64,000 nucleotides of DNA, from contig OZ244856.1 in NCBI GenBank assembly GCA_965220995.1, positions 97,407-161,406 of the forward strand, in the 5' to 3' direction. Positions 8,608 through 18,040 of the stretch are shown in pieces. A program made the position numbers and the translations under genes. The first letter of the stretch is position 1. Every line of letters starts with the position of its first letter. The notes beneath the pieces were generated by a model. That model ran no database searches. It was not told the origin of the DNA and was given only the letters and a program-made list of their open reading frames with translations. Source of the stretch: Acidimicrobiia bacterium. GTDB lineage: Bacteria; Actinomycetota; Acidimicrobiia; Spongiisociales; ZC4RG35.

Positions 8608-10128
8608 ATGACCAATCTCTTGGAGATGCGGGGAGTCACCAAGCGCTTCCCCGGCGTGCTGGCCAATGATCGAATCGATTTCGATCTGCGCGCCGGGGAG
8701 GTGCACACCCTGTTGGGAGAAAACGGCGCCGGCAAGAGCACCCTGATGAAAATCCTCTACGGGCTCTATCAGCCTGACGAGGGGGAGCTTTTGATCGGTG
8801 GGGCACCCACTCGGATCGGAAGCCCGATCGACGCCATTGAGCACGGGATCGGGATGGTGCACCAACACTTCATGCTGGTTCCCAGTCTCACGGTCACCGA
8901 GAACGTGGCGATGGGCGCCATCTCACGCAAGAGAAGCAGGATGAACCTGCGGGGGGTGGCCGATCGGATCCGGGAACTGTCGGAATCTCATGGGCTGGCC
9001 GTCGATCCCGACGCTCACATTTGGCAACTGTCGGTGGGCGAACGCCAAAGGGTGGAGATCATCAAGGCCCTGTATCGGGATGTCAAGATGCTGGTGCTGG
9101 ACGAACCCACCGCGGTGTTGACTCCCGGCGAGGTGGAGGATCTGTTCAACATCCTCCGTCAGATGGCCCAGGAGGGGCGGGGTCTGGTGTTCATCTCTCA
9201 CAAACTCCATGAGGTGCTGGCCCTGAGCGACCGGATCACCGTTCTTCGCCATGGCCGGGTGACCGGGGAGGTGGAGGCCGGGGAAGCCACCCGCGAGATG
9301 CTGGCTTCGATGATGGTGGGCCGTCCGGTCCGCCTTGCGCCCGACAAGCCGCCCTTGGCGCCGGGTCGGACCCGTTTGAATATCCGCGATCTGACGGTCA
9401 TGGGCGACCGGGGCCTTCCGGCCCTGCAGAACCTGGACCTGCAGGTCCGGGAAGGAGAGATTCTGGGTGTGGCCGGCGTCTCGGGTAACGGGCAACGCGA
9501 GTTGGCCGAGGCCATAGCCGGACTGCGGAAACCGGTTTCGGGAGCGATCGAAGTCAACGACAACGACGTGGCGGGCCGCAAGCCTTCCGCAGTGAGAGCG
9601 GCAGGTTTGGCCTACGTGCCCGAGGAACGAGAGCGGGACGGCGCCATCGGCGCTTTCACCGTGTCGGAGAATCTGATTCTGGTGAACCATGACCAGCCCC
9701 CCATGAGCCGCAGGGGTTTTTTGCGCAACGGCGAGATTCGCAGTCGCGGCCGGCGTTTGGTCGACAATTTTTCGGTGGTTACTCCCGGTTTGGATGTTCC
9801 GGCTTCCAATCTTTCGGGAGGCAACCTGCAAAAGCTGATACTGGCTCGGGAACTATCGGGTTCGCCTTCCGTGCTGGTGGCGTCCCAACCCACCCGGGGA
9901 GTGGATATCGGCGCCGCCGAGTACATCCATGATCGCCTCATCCAGCAGCGCGGCTCCCAGTCGGTGGCCATCCTGCTGATATCCGAGGACCTGGACGAGG
10001 TGTTGGGTTTGGCCGATCGGATTGTGGTGATCTATGAGGGCCGCATCGTGGGAGAAGTAAGCGGGGAGGAAGCAGACCGCCAGACCATCGGTTTGATGAT
10101 GGCCGGCGTGGGGGTCGCAGAGGAGTGA
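8608..10128 (+). CDS. ABC transporter ATP-binding protein with duplicated ATPase domains (sugar/nucleoside type)
   Basis: Two Walker A motifs (GENGAGKST; GVSGNGQRE), an LSGG/LSVGE signature and two Walker B motifs. Start set at MTNLLEMRGV, because the track ORF begins inside the SBP gene. Confidence 0.85.
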   Translation: MTNLLEMRGVTKRFPGVLANDRIDFDLRAGEVHTLLGENGAGKSTLMKILYGLYQPDEGELLIGGAPTRIGSPIDAIEHGIGMVHQHFMLVPSLTVTENVAMGAISRKRSRMNLRGVADRIRELSESHGLAVDPDAHIWQLSVGERQRVEIIKALYRDVKMLVLDEPTAVLTPGEVEDLFNILRQMAQEGRGLVFISHKLHEVLALSDRITVLRHGRVTGEVEAGEATREMLASMMVGRPVRLAPDKPPLAPGRTRLNIRDLTVMGDRGLPALQNLDLQVREGEILGVAGVSGNGQRELAEAIAGLRKPVSGAIEVNDNDVAGRKPSAVRAAGLAYVPEERERDGAIGAFTVSENLILVNHDQPPMSRRGFLRNGEIRSRGRRLVDNFSVVTPGLDVPASNLSGGNLQKLILARELSGSPSVLVASQPTRGVDIGAAEYIHDRLIQQRGSQSVAILLISEDLDEVLGLADRIVVIYEGRIVGEVSGEEADRQTIGLMMAGVGVAEE

Positions 10129-10180
10129 CCCCTCGAGTCAAGCCCGGTGAACAGCAGCCCATAACAGAGGAGGCGCCTTT

Positions 10181-11026
10181 ATGTCCAGCCAAGTGGTAAC
10201 CGCCGCTCTTGTCCAGTCGGAATGGACCGGTGACAAGGAGTCGATGGTGGAAAAGAACATCGGCTATGCCAGGGAAGCCGCCTCCCGGGGGGCCCGGGTG
10301 CTGTGTTTCCAGGAGATTTTCAACAGCCCCTACTTCTGCAATGTGCAGGACAGCGACAACTATTCCTACGCCGAGCCGATCCCCGACGGCCCCACTATCA
10401 CCAGGATGATTTCTTTGGCCCGCGAGACCAAGATGGTGCTGGTGGTTCCCATCTATGAGGTGGTGGACGAGGGGACCTTTTACAACGCCGCGGCGGTGAT
10501 CGACGCCGACGGAACCTACCTGGGAAAATATCGCAAGACCCATATTCCCCAGGTGAAGGGTTTCTGGGAAAAGTTCTATTTCAAGCCGGGGAACCTGGGC
10601 TACCCCGTGTTCGACACCGCAGTGGGAAGAATCGGCGTGTACATCTGCTACGATCGCCACTTCCCCGAAGGGTGGCGGGTGCTGGGCCTGAAAGGCGCCC
10701 GGATCGTTTTCAACCCTTCCGCCACCACCCGCGGGCACTCCAAGCACCTCTGGCAACTGGAGCAGCCCGCCTCGGCCGTGGCCAACGAATACTTCGTGGG
10801 CGCTATCAACCGGGTGGGATCCGAGGGCCTGACGGACACCGATTATTACGGGTCCTCATACTTTGTCAATCCCCGCGGAGAGATAGTGGGAGAAACCGCG
10901 TCGGATACCGAGGAAGAGGTGTTGGTGCGCCAACTTGATCTGGGACTGGTGGAAGAGGTCCGCCGTTACTGGGCCTTCTACCGGGACCGCCGACCCGAGG
11001 TCTACGAAGAGGTGGCGGCTCCCTGA
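10181..11026 (+). CDS. Beta-ureidopropionase / N-carbamoyl-amine amidase-like CN-hydrolase (nitrilase superfamily)
   Basis: Nitrilase-superfamily fold with catalytic-Cys context 'GVYICYDRHFPE', 'VLCFQE', 'FYFKPG'. It resembles beta-alanine synthase / N-carbamoylputrescine amidase and is the last gene of the transporter operon. Confidence 0.8.
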   Translation: MSSQVVTAALVQSEWTGDKESMVEKNIGYAREAASRGARVLCFQEIFNSPYFCNVQDSDNYSYAEPIPDGPTITRMISLARETKMVLVVPIYEVVDEGTFYNAAAVIDADGTYLGKYRKTHIPQVKGFWEKFYFKPGNLGYPVFDTAVGRIGVYICYDRHFPEGWRVLGLKGARIVFNPSATTRGHSKHLWQLEQPASAVANEYFVGAINRVGSEGLTDTDYYGSSYFVNPRGEIVGETASDTEEEVLVRQLDLGLVEEVRRYWAFYRDRRPEVYEEVAAP

Positions 11027-11290
11027 TCCCGGGTTGAGACCCTTGGGAGAGATCGCGAAAAAAGCAGGCCGGTAGGGCTTGACATCGGTCGCAGCCTCTC
11101 CTACATACTGATCAGACCAAACACCTCCCGGTCCGCTCCGGCGCCGTTCGGACTGCGCAGACTCCTGTGAAAAGAGGTCATACTCCTATCGGATCGCGGT
11201 CCGGCTCATCACTGCTGGCCACCCGCGTCCCGATCCCTGGCTAGGTGGCGGTGGGGGTGGGGCCCGACGGACGGGAAAATCCGGGCCGTT

Positions 11291-12716
11291 TTTAAGCGGT
11301 ACTTCGGAAATTAGTGGGGAGTGATGGTTGCGAGGAGTTTCCAGTTGGGTTTTCCGGCGTAGAGGAGTGCTCGGATTCGGTAGTTGTCGAAGTTCCGAAA
11401 ACCGAATGCTGCTCGTTTGATCCGTTTGATCAGGTTGTTCAGTCCCTCGGTGGGTCCGTTCGTCACTTTCGAGTGATGCCAGTTGGTGATCTGGGTGGCC
11501 CACCTGCTGATGGTCCGTCCCAGGCGGTTCACCTCTGGAGGGAGTGACCGGTCCTGCAGATCCGAGGCCAGCTGCTGGGTGAACTCCCAAGCCAGTTGTG
11601 GGTCTCCGATCTGGTAGATGTCCCGGACGCTTTCCTTAGCCGACCAGGCATCCCGTACCTCTCCGTAGGGGTCACCAGCCCGTAACAAGCCCCGGAGGCG
11701 GGATTCGCCGTGGCTGTCGATCCTTTCATGGGCCATTATCAAAAGCCGTCGTATGCGATACAGCGGGTCGCGTTTGCGTCCCCGGTGTCCCAGTGTCTCG
11801 TTCTGCACCCGGCATCGGACCTGATCGACGGTGCGGTTAGCCAACCTGATGACATGAAACGGGTCAGCCACCTGAAAGGCGTGGGGCAACACCTGGTCGT
11901 AGGCCACCTGATAAGGGCCGGACAAGTCCAACACCGCCCACTTGATCGCCTCACGCCACCCCTCTGGTTGGTTCCGGAACCAACCAGCCGCGCTTTTTAC
12001 GGTTCTACCAGGCACTATGTCCAACAACTGACACCCACCGACATCCACCACCGACGTGCACCACTGCTTGGTACGCCACCGGCCCTTCTTCCAGAACAGG
12101 GTCTCGTCCACTCCCACCGCCTCCACCCGCCCGAACCGGGCGGTGTCGGCTTCCAACAGCGACTTTCCCCATCGGACGGTCTCCTGGTTCACCGTATGCC
12201 AATCACACCCCAACTCGGCGGCCACCTCCGACACAGTACGCCCCAAACGGCCCACCTGATAAGTGACCCACCGCCCCGCCCGAGACGTCAACAAAGCCCG
12301 CTCCGGCGCCACCGACTCGTCCTGTTCCACAAACGACCCCACGCCGCATTCCCCATCAGGACACATCCAACGACGTTTCCGCCACCGCAACCGCACCGGC
12401 CGCCCAAACGCCGGCAAATCCACCAACCCCACCGTCCGATAGCCCTTCGACCACACCCCACCACCGCACTCATCGCATACTGGACGAAAAGCGCCCGATC
12501 TGATCGTCACCCTCAACCGGTCACCCGAAAGCTCCTCCACCCCTACCAAGTCCACGTCACCCAACCCGACCAACACCTCACACATACGCCTACCATCAGT
12601 CTCCACAGGGTCCTCCTTTCAGATGCGACTGCTTTCAGCACCCGATTATGGAGGACCCTCCCCCACAATCAATGGATTCCCCACTCCCCACTAATTTCCG
12701 AAGATCCTTTTAAGCG
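11291..12716 (-). mobile_element. ISL3-family insertion sequence, apparently intact
   Basis: Terminal inverted repeats of about 32-35 bp, with a perfect 22-bp core CTTCGGAAATTAGTGGGGAGTG at 11302-11323 and its reverse complement at 12683-12704. These flank a single full-length transposase ORF, and the length of about 1.43 kb is typical of ISL3. Confidence 0.8.
11311..12606 (-). CDS. ISL3 family transposase
   Basis: The C-terminal hallmark TNGPTEGLNNLIKRIKRAAFGFRNFDNYRIRALLY is typical of ISL3 transposases. The reading frame is intact at 431 aa. The 345-aa ORF on the opposite strand is spurious. Confidence 0.9.
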   Translation of the reverse strand: METDGRRMCEVLVGLGDVDLVGVEELSGDRLRVTIRSGAFRPVCDECGGGVWSKGYRTVGLVDLPAFGRPVRLRWRKRRWMCPDGECGVGSFVEQDESVAPERALLTSRAGRWVTYQVGRLGRTVSEVAAELGCDWHTVNQETVRWGKSLLEADTARFGRVEAVGVDETLFWKKGRWRTKQWCTSVVDVGGCQLLDIVPGRTVKSAAGWFRNQPEGWREAIKWAVLDLSGPYQVAYDQVLPHAFQVADPFHVIRLANRTVDQVRCRVQNETLGHRGRKRDPLYRIRRLLIMAHERIDSHGESRLRGLLRAGDPYGEVRDAWSAKESVRDIYQIGDPQLAWEFTQQLASDLQDRSLPPEVNRLGRTISRWATQITNWHHSKVTNGPTEGLNNLIKRIKRAAFGFRNFDNYRIRALLYAGKPNWKLLATITPH

Positions 12717-12749
12717 AGATAAGAAAGTTGTTCTCGGCGGGGCTTGACC

Positions 12750-13787
12750 TTACCCGTCGTTCTCGGTAGCGGTCTTCAGCCATACGGTGCGCTGGGGGAA
12801 GGGTATTTCGATGCCGGCCTGATCGAAGGCCTCCTTCAGGCGGCCCCGCAACTCCCGCGCTGTGGCGAATTGCTCACCGGCCTCGGTTTTGGCCATCAGG
12901 CGAAGGGAGATGGCGCTTTCGCCGAAGCTTTGCACCCCGGCGATGCTGGGCTCTTCGATGATGGTGGCGTTCGGCAACCGTTCCCGCCACATTCCGTCGG
13001 CCACCTCCTTGATCACCGCCATGGCCGCTTGGAGGTCGGTGTCGTACGACACCTCGATGTCCAGGACGGCGCGTCCCCAGTCCTGGGACATGTTCGCCAC
13101 CCGCCGGATCTCGCCGTTGGGGATATGCCAGAGAGTTCCGGAGAGGTCCCTGATCTGGGTGGTGCGAAGCTTCACTTCCTCCACCACCCCCACCGTGTCC
13201 CCCACGTCCACTGCGTCGCCCACTCCGTACTGGTCTTCGAGCAACATGAACATCCCCGACAAGAAATCCTTGACCAGGCTCTGGGCGCCGAAACCCACCG
13301 CTACTCCCAGAATCCCCGCTCCGGCGATGAGCGGCCCCAAATTGATGCCGAATTCTCCCAGGGACATCATCACGGCCATTCCGTAGATCACGATGGTGGA
13401 GATAGAACGAAGCACCGCGCCCAGGGTTCTGGTCCGCTGACTGCTGCGCTCCTGTTGTTCGACCAGCATCCGGGCCCGTTTTAAGGCCACTTCCCGCAGG
13501 TCGTCCATCCGACCGGGTTCTTCGTCCGGTTCTTCGGAATCCTGGGCGTCCGCCGACGCCCGGCGATTTAACCATCCCTCCACGGCCCGACCCACCGACC
13601 GCCGCACCATCCGATTGATCACCCAGGCCGCCAAGAGAATGATCAACACTTTGATGGGGCGGGCGGCAACCTCCATGAACTTCGCCAGACCGCTGTTGCC
13701 GGTCAGGTCGAAGACCAGGTTGCACACCGTGGCTGGATCTGTTCCGCACGCGTCGGCGAGGGTCTGGGCTAAGAGAAAAGAGTGCAT
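12750..13787 (-). CDS. Mechanosensitive ion channel family protein (MscS-like)
   Basis: TM helices followed by the MscS beta domain (GAGILGVAVGFGAQSLVKDFLSGMFMLLEDQYGVGD..IPNGEI). Start chosen at MHSFLL (AGGTG RBS) rather than the longer track ORF. Confidence 0.8.
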   Translation of the reverse strand: MHSFLLAQTLADACGTDPATVCNLVFDLTGNSGLAKFMEVAARPIKVLIILLAAWVINRMVRRSVGRAVEGWLNRRASADAQDSEEPDEEPGRMDDLREVALKRARMLVEQQERSSQRTRTLGAVLRSISTIVIYGMAVMMSLGEFGINLGPLIAGAGILGVAVGFGAQSLVKDFLSGMFMLLEDQYGVGDAVDVGDTVGVVEEVKLRTTQIRDLSGTLWHIPNGEIRRVANMSQDWGRAVLDIEVSYDTDLQAAMAVIKEVADGMWRERLPNATIIEEPSIAGVQSFGESAISLRLMAKTEAGEQFATARELRGRLKEAFDQAGIEIPFPQRTVWLKTATENDG

Positions 13788-13902
13788 ATCACAACACCTA
13801 TCAGTGGTCTCCTGCCATTCTATTGCCGATGAGACAACCCAAATCCGACGGCCCGCAGGCGCCCATTCGGCGAAAACTTGGTCCGATGCCGGGGAGGATC
13901 GG

Positions 13903-14556
13903 TTGAGGTTTGTCAATCGCACTCACGCCGGGCGGCGTCTGGCCCGTTTGCTTGATCACCTGCGCAACCAACCCGTGGTGGTTCTCGGCCTGCCCCGCGG
14001 CGGCGTGCCGGTGGGCTTTCAGGTGGCCCGTCGACTCTCGGCGCCCCTGGAAGTGCTGCTGGTGCGAAAACTCGGGGCGCCTTTCCAACCGGAGTTGGCC
14101 ATGGGCGCCATCGGCGAAGGCGAAATCCGGATCATCGACCAGGAGCGTGTGCGCCAGTTGGGCATCAAACCCGATCAGATAGACCGGGTGGAACGACAGG
14201 AGCGAAAGGAACTGGACCGGCAGGGGAAGGTCTTTCGGCAGGGCCGGCGGTCCATTGATCTGATGGGCAGGACGGCGATCATCGTGGATGACGGGGTGGC
14301 CACCGGGTCCACCGCCCTGGCCGCCTGCTCCATCGCCCGACGGCTCGGCGCCGACCGGATCGTGATGGCCACCCCGGTTGCTCCCCGCGAGGTTGTTCCG
14401 ACTTTCGAGCAGGCGGTCGACCAGTTCGTGGCGGTGACCACTCCCCAAAGGATGGGCGCTATCGGATTCTTCTACGCAGACTTTCGTCCCACCCCCGATT
14501 CCGAGGTGATTGATCTGTTGGAGTGCTCCCGCCGCACCGATCCCGGCCCGGACTGA
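13903..14556 (+). CDS. Phosphoribosyltransferase-family protein (type I PRTase fold)
   Basis: PRPP-binding motif 'TAIIVDDGVATGST' plus an N-terminal 'VVLGLPRGGVPVG' hood. The start is uncertain: a TTG at 13903 is in frame, and the track ORF overlaps the divergent MscS gene. Confidence 0.6.
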   Translation: MRFVNRTHAGRRLARLLDHLRNQPVVVLGLPRGGVPVGFQVARRLSAPLEVLLVRKLGAPFQPELAMGAIGEGEIRIIDQERVRQLGIKPDQIDRVERQERKELDRQGKVFRQGRRSIDLMGRTAIIVDDGVATGSTALAACSIARRLGADRIVMATPVAPREVVPTFEQAVDQFVAVTTPQRMGAIGFFYADFRPTPDSEVIDLLECSRRTDPGPD

Positions 14557-14657
14557 CCCGCCATACAAGGCCGGGGATGGTCGCCTCGCAGCGGGTGACA
14601 TGGCGGAAGAGTTACCATTGTTGGCGCGATGACGCCCGAATAGGAGGAGTTTTTGTC

Positions 14658-15809
14658 GTGGTAGTTCCCATGAGTGATCTGGCCGCCGAATACCGGTCCC
14701 TGAAAACGGATATCGACGATGCGGTGGGCCGGGTGCTGGCCAGCGGTAACTACGTCATGGGCGAGGAGTTGGAGGCCTTCGAAGCGGCGTTCGCCGACTA
14801 TGTGGGAGCCGGCTACGCCATGGGAGTGGGCTCGGGAACGGCCGCTTTGCATCTCGCTCTGGCGGCGCTCGAACTGGGACCCGACGATGAGGTGATCACC
14901 GTCCCCAACACCGACAATCCCACCGCCTCGGCAGTCACGCATGCCGGGTCCAAAGTGGTGCTGTCCGACACCACCGAGGACACCTTCACCATGGACCCCG
15001 AAAAGCTTGAGGAAAAGATCACCCCCCGCACCAGGGTGATTCTTCCGGTGCATCTGTTCGGGCATCCGGCCGACATGGATCCGATTTGCGAAATCGCCGA
15101 GCGCCATGGGATAGCCGTGCTGGAAGACTCGGCCTTGGCGGTGGGCGGGGAGTACAAGGGCCGAAGGACGGGAACTTTTGGGCCGCTCGGGTGTTTCAGC
15201 GTGGCGCCGGGAAAGATTCTGGGGGGATACGGCGACGGGGGAATGGTGGTGACCAACGATCCCGACCTGGCCCACCGGATCAGGGTGCTCCGCAACTACG
15301 GCCACGCTCCCGGGCTGAGATTGTCAGGTAAGGATCTCACCGGGGGGAGCGGCTGGAGGGTGCTGGAGGAAGGCTTCAATCAACGGCTCGACACCCTGCA
15401 GGCCGCAGTGCTGGCCACCAAGTTGCCCACCTTGGAAGACCGGATCGCCGGTCGACGACGGGCGGCCGATCTGTACCGGGAAATCTTCACGGGGACGCCG
15501 GTGACGTCGGTCCACGAGGCCCCTTGGGCCCGTCACGTCTACTTCGCCTACAACGCCATGGTCCCCGCCAATCTTCGCGATCAGGCCCGAGAGCACTTGG
15601 CTTCCCGGGGGGTGGCCAGCCGCCTGTATTACAACCCGCCCCTTCACCTTCACCCCGCCTATCGATGGATGGGTTTGGAGGCCGGGTCGTTACCGGTGGC
15701 CGAGGACACCGCGTCAAGAATGATCGGCTTGCCGTGCTTCCCCCAGATCACCGAATCCCAGGTGGAACAGGCCGCCTCCGCCCTCCTGGAGTTCATGGGT
15801 CGGCATTAG
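14658..15809 (+). CDS. DegT/DnrJ/EryC1/StrS-family PLP-dependent aminotransferase
   Basis: N-terminal 'DIDDAVGRVLASGNYVMGEELEAFEAAFADYVGAGYAMGVGSGTAALHLAL' is typical of sugar aminotransferases. GTG start 8 nt after an AGGAGG RBS. Confidence 0.8.
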   Translation: MVVPMSDLAAEYRSLKTDIDDAVGRVLASGNYVMGEELEAFEAAFADYVGAGYAMGVGSGTAALHLALAALELGPDDEVITVPNTDNPTASAVTHAGSKVVLSDTTEDTFTMDPEKLEEKITPRTRVILPVHLFGHPADMDPICEIAERHGIAVLEDSALAVGGEYKGRRTGTFGPLGCFSVAPGKILGGYGDGGMVVTNDPDLAHRIRVLRNYGHAPGLRLSGKDLTGGSGWRVLEEGFNQRLDTLQAAVLATKLPTLEDRIAGRRRAADLYREIFTGTPVTSVHEAPWARHVYFAYNAMVPANLRDQAREHLASRGVASRLYYNPPLHLHPAYRWMGLEAGSLPVAEDTASRMIGLPCFPQITESQVEQAASALLEFMGRH

Positions 15810-15864
15810 CGGCGCGCAAGAGCCAGTCCGGCCTGATTGCGGGACCCCGTAGCGACGATATATC

Positions 15865-15878
15865 AGATCATATGATCT
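15865..15878. promoter_or_regulatory. Perfect 14-bp palindrome AGATCATATGATCT, with two more (A/T)TGATCT copies before the Fic start codon
   Basis: Seen directly in the lower-GC intergenic region. Copies of (A/T)TGATCT sit at about 15872, 15903 and 15925 (overlapping the Fic ATG), with a TTGACT -35-like hexamer adjacent. Confidence 0.35.
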
Positions 15879-15924
15879 CTTGACTATGCATCCAGGGTCG
15901 TTTTGATCTAATATATCCAATCAA

Positions 15925-17094
15925 ATGATCTATCAAACACCAACACTGTCGTGGGTTGATCGACGGGTCCTGGAAGAGATCTTCAACCTGGCTGAGCGGC
16001 TGAGATGGTATTTGCATGTTCCCGAGAGGTGGTACGGGCCTTTGCGGCGCACCGCCATGGCCGGAGCCGTGCAGGGCTCGGTAGCCATCGAGGGTTATCA
16101 CGCCACCCTGGACAACGTGAGCTCGGTGATGGAGGGAGAAGATGTCGCCGAACTCGAAGAAGACACCAAGGCCGCCATCGCCGGATATCGCGATGCCATG
16201 ACCTTCGCCCTGGCGGTGGCGGACGACTGGCCGCGGATCGACCAGTCTCTTATCCGATCGATGCACTATATGATCGTCCGTCACGACCGGGGGGCTCGTC
16301 CGGGGAACTGGCGTCCGGGAAATGTTTGGGTAAGAGACAGCGTGGGGGAGGTGGTGTACAACCCCCCTGACCGGTCGGAGCTGTCCGACCTATTAGTCGA
16401 GTTGACCAATCAGTTGTCCGTTGAGGAGGGGCATCCTCTGGTTAGAGCTGCTATGGCTCATCTCAATCTGGTGTTGATTCATCCATTTCGGGACGGTAAT
16501 GGTCGGGTGGCCCGGTGTCTGCAGACCTTCGTTCTGGCGTCGGCCGGAATTCGCGAGCCGGTGTTTTCCAGTATCGAGGCGTACCTGGGACATCACACTC
16601 CCAGCTACTACCAGGCGCTGAGCGAAACCGCAGCCGGAAGATGGTCGCCGGAGCGAAGCGCCCGGTCCTGGATACGGTTTTGCCTAACCGCTCACTTTAT
16701 GCAGGCCCGCACCCATCTGCGGAGGATTGAGGAAACCGAAATGTTGTGGGGGGATTGTGAACGGGCTGCCGAGACCGCCGGGTTGCCCGACCGGGTAGTT
16801 GGAGGGTTGTGTGACGCCGCCCGGGGAACGATCCTGCATCGCTCTTTGTACCGTCGCACAACCGCCCTTTCAACCGCACAGGAGCCCAGCGAACCGGCTG
16901 CCACCCGAGACCTTGCCGCTTTGACCAAGGCCGGACTACTGGAGCCTTCCGGCGCCGGACGCCGCCGCACCTACCGGGCCACGCCGAAGTTGAGAAAGCT
17001 GTGGGACGAAATCCGCGCCAGACGCCGGGAATGGCTGATCAAGGATCCATATGTCACCTTCGGACAGCAACGGATTCCTACCCAGGGTGACTGA
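15925..17094 (+). CDS. Fic family protein (class II, self-inhibited AMPylator-type) with C-terminal wHTH-like region
   Basis: Canonical Fic motif HPFRDGNGRVARCL. The N-terminal region carries an (S/T)xxxE(G/N) inhibitory-helix-like motif (SSVMEG). Local GC is lower than in the flanks. Confidence 0.85.
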   Translation: MIYQTPTLSWVDRRVLEEIFNLAERLRWYLHVPERWYGPLRRTAMAGAVQGSVAIEGYHATLDNVSSVMEGEDVAELEEDTKAAIAGYRDAMTFALAVADDWPRIDQSLIRSMHYMIVRHDRGARPGNWRPGNVWVRDSVGEVVYNPPDRSELSDLLVELTNQLSVEEGHPLVRAAMAHLNLVLIHPFRDGNGRVARCLQTFVLASAGIREPVFSSIEAYLGHHTPSYYQALSETAAGRWSPERSARSWIRFCLTAHFMQARTHLRRIEETEMLWGDCERAAETAGLPDRVVGGLCDAARGTILHRSLYRRTTALSTAQEPSEPAATRDLAALTKAGLLEPSGAGRRRTYRATPKLRKLWDEIRARRREWLIKDPYVTFGQQRIPTQGD

Positions 17095-17127
17095 ACTCTT
17101 CTGAAGGACTGATGCTCCGTTCAAGAC

Positions 17128-17940
17128 TCAGGAAGGGGAGGCGAGTTCTTCTGCGAGGACGTCGGGGGTGAGGTGTTCCGACCTGGCGCGTAGGTCGAGG
17201 TAGAGGACAGAGCCGATCACCGCGGTGAGCGGAACGGTCCACAGGCTGCCGAGCAGAGCCGCCAGGTATTGGGGGAGAAACCAGTAGAGAGCCACGAGGG
17301 GCGGGCCGATCACCGCCAGAGACAACAGGAGAACCCCGACCGTACGCAGGTAATTGGGAAGAACCAGCTTCCAAGAACGCCGCAGGCTGTCGAAGGCGCC
17401 CCGGCCTTCCACCATCACCACCATGGGAGCGGCCCACCACGAAATCGCCAACGCGATGGCGGGAAGAATCATCACAAGAGTCCATATCAATAACATGAAC
17501 AGGTCGCCTGGGGGGATGGAAGAAAGATCATTGGAGAACTCGCTGAACTGCTCGAACCGGTCGAAGGCCACCACCGCCAAGATGACGCTTCCGATCATGA
17601 TCATCACCACGGCGGCCGTCAGCACTGCGATCCCGAAAACCAGCCACATGCCCACCAGGGTTCTGAATCTCCCCCATGCCGCCCGGATGGCTTCCGACGG
17701 GGAGACTTGCAGGTCGCCGCAGTGTGAGGCGACGATCCAGATGAAGGCGCCGGTGGCGACAAGTTCCGTCAGCAGCAGCACAAAGGTCATCAGCCATCCC
17801 ACTCCGGGAAGCCACTGCATCAGGGAGGGAATGCCCACCAACAGCACACCGATCGCCAGCAGTGAACCGAATCTCTGTCGATAGAGAGACCACGAGAAAC
17901 TGACGATCTCCCCGGCTGTGAGCGGGCGAAATTCCTGCAT
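17128..17940 (-). CDS. Polytopic integral membrane protein, function unknown
   Basis: Seven or more hydrophobic helices with no recognizable catalytic motif. Confidence 0.5.
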   Translation of the reverse strand: MQEFRPLTAGEIVSFSWSLYRQRFGSLLAIGVLLVGIPSLMQWLPGVGWLMTFVLLLTELVATGAFIWIVASHCGDLQVSPSEAIRAAWGRFRTLVGMWLVFGIAVLTAAVVMIMIGSVILAVVAFDRFEQFSEFSNDLSSIPPGDLFMLLIWTLVMILPAIALAISWWAAPMVVMVEGRGAFDSLRRSWKLVLPNYLRTVGVLLLSLAVIGPPLVALYWFLPQYLAALLGSLWTVPLTAVIGSVLYLDLRARSEHLTPDVLAEELASPS

Positions 17941-18040
17941 CTGACAACTCCTCCTCAGAGCCGGCGGCCCCGGTGTCGCCCACCCGAATTTAGCGAAATC
18001 CCCGAGGGGCCGATCTCTTTCGACTAACCCTCTGCCTGGA

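Noticed and set aside
11710-12747. 345-aa + strand ORF inside the IS
   Set aside because: It is antisense to the intact ISL3 transposase and has a Pro/His/Arg-rich composition.
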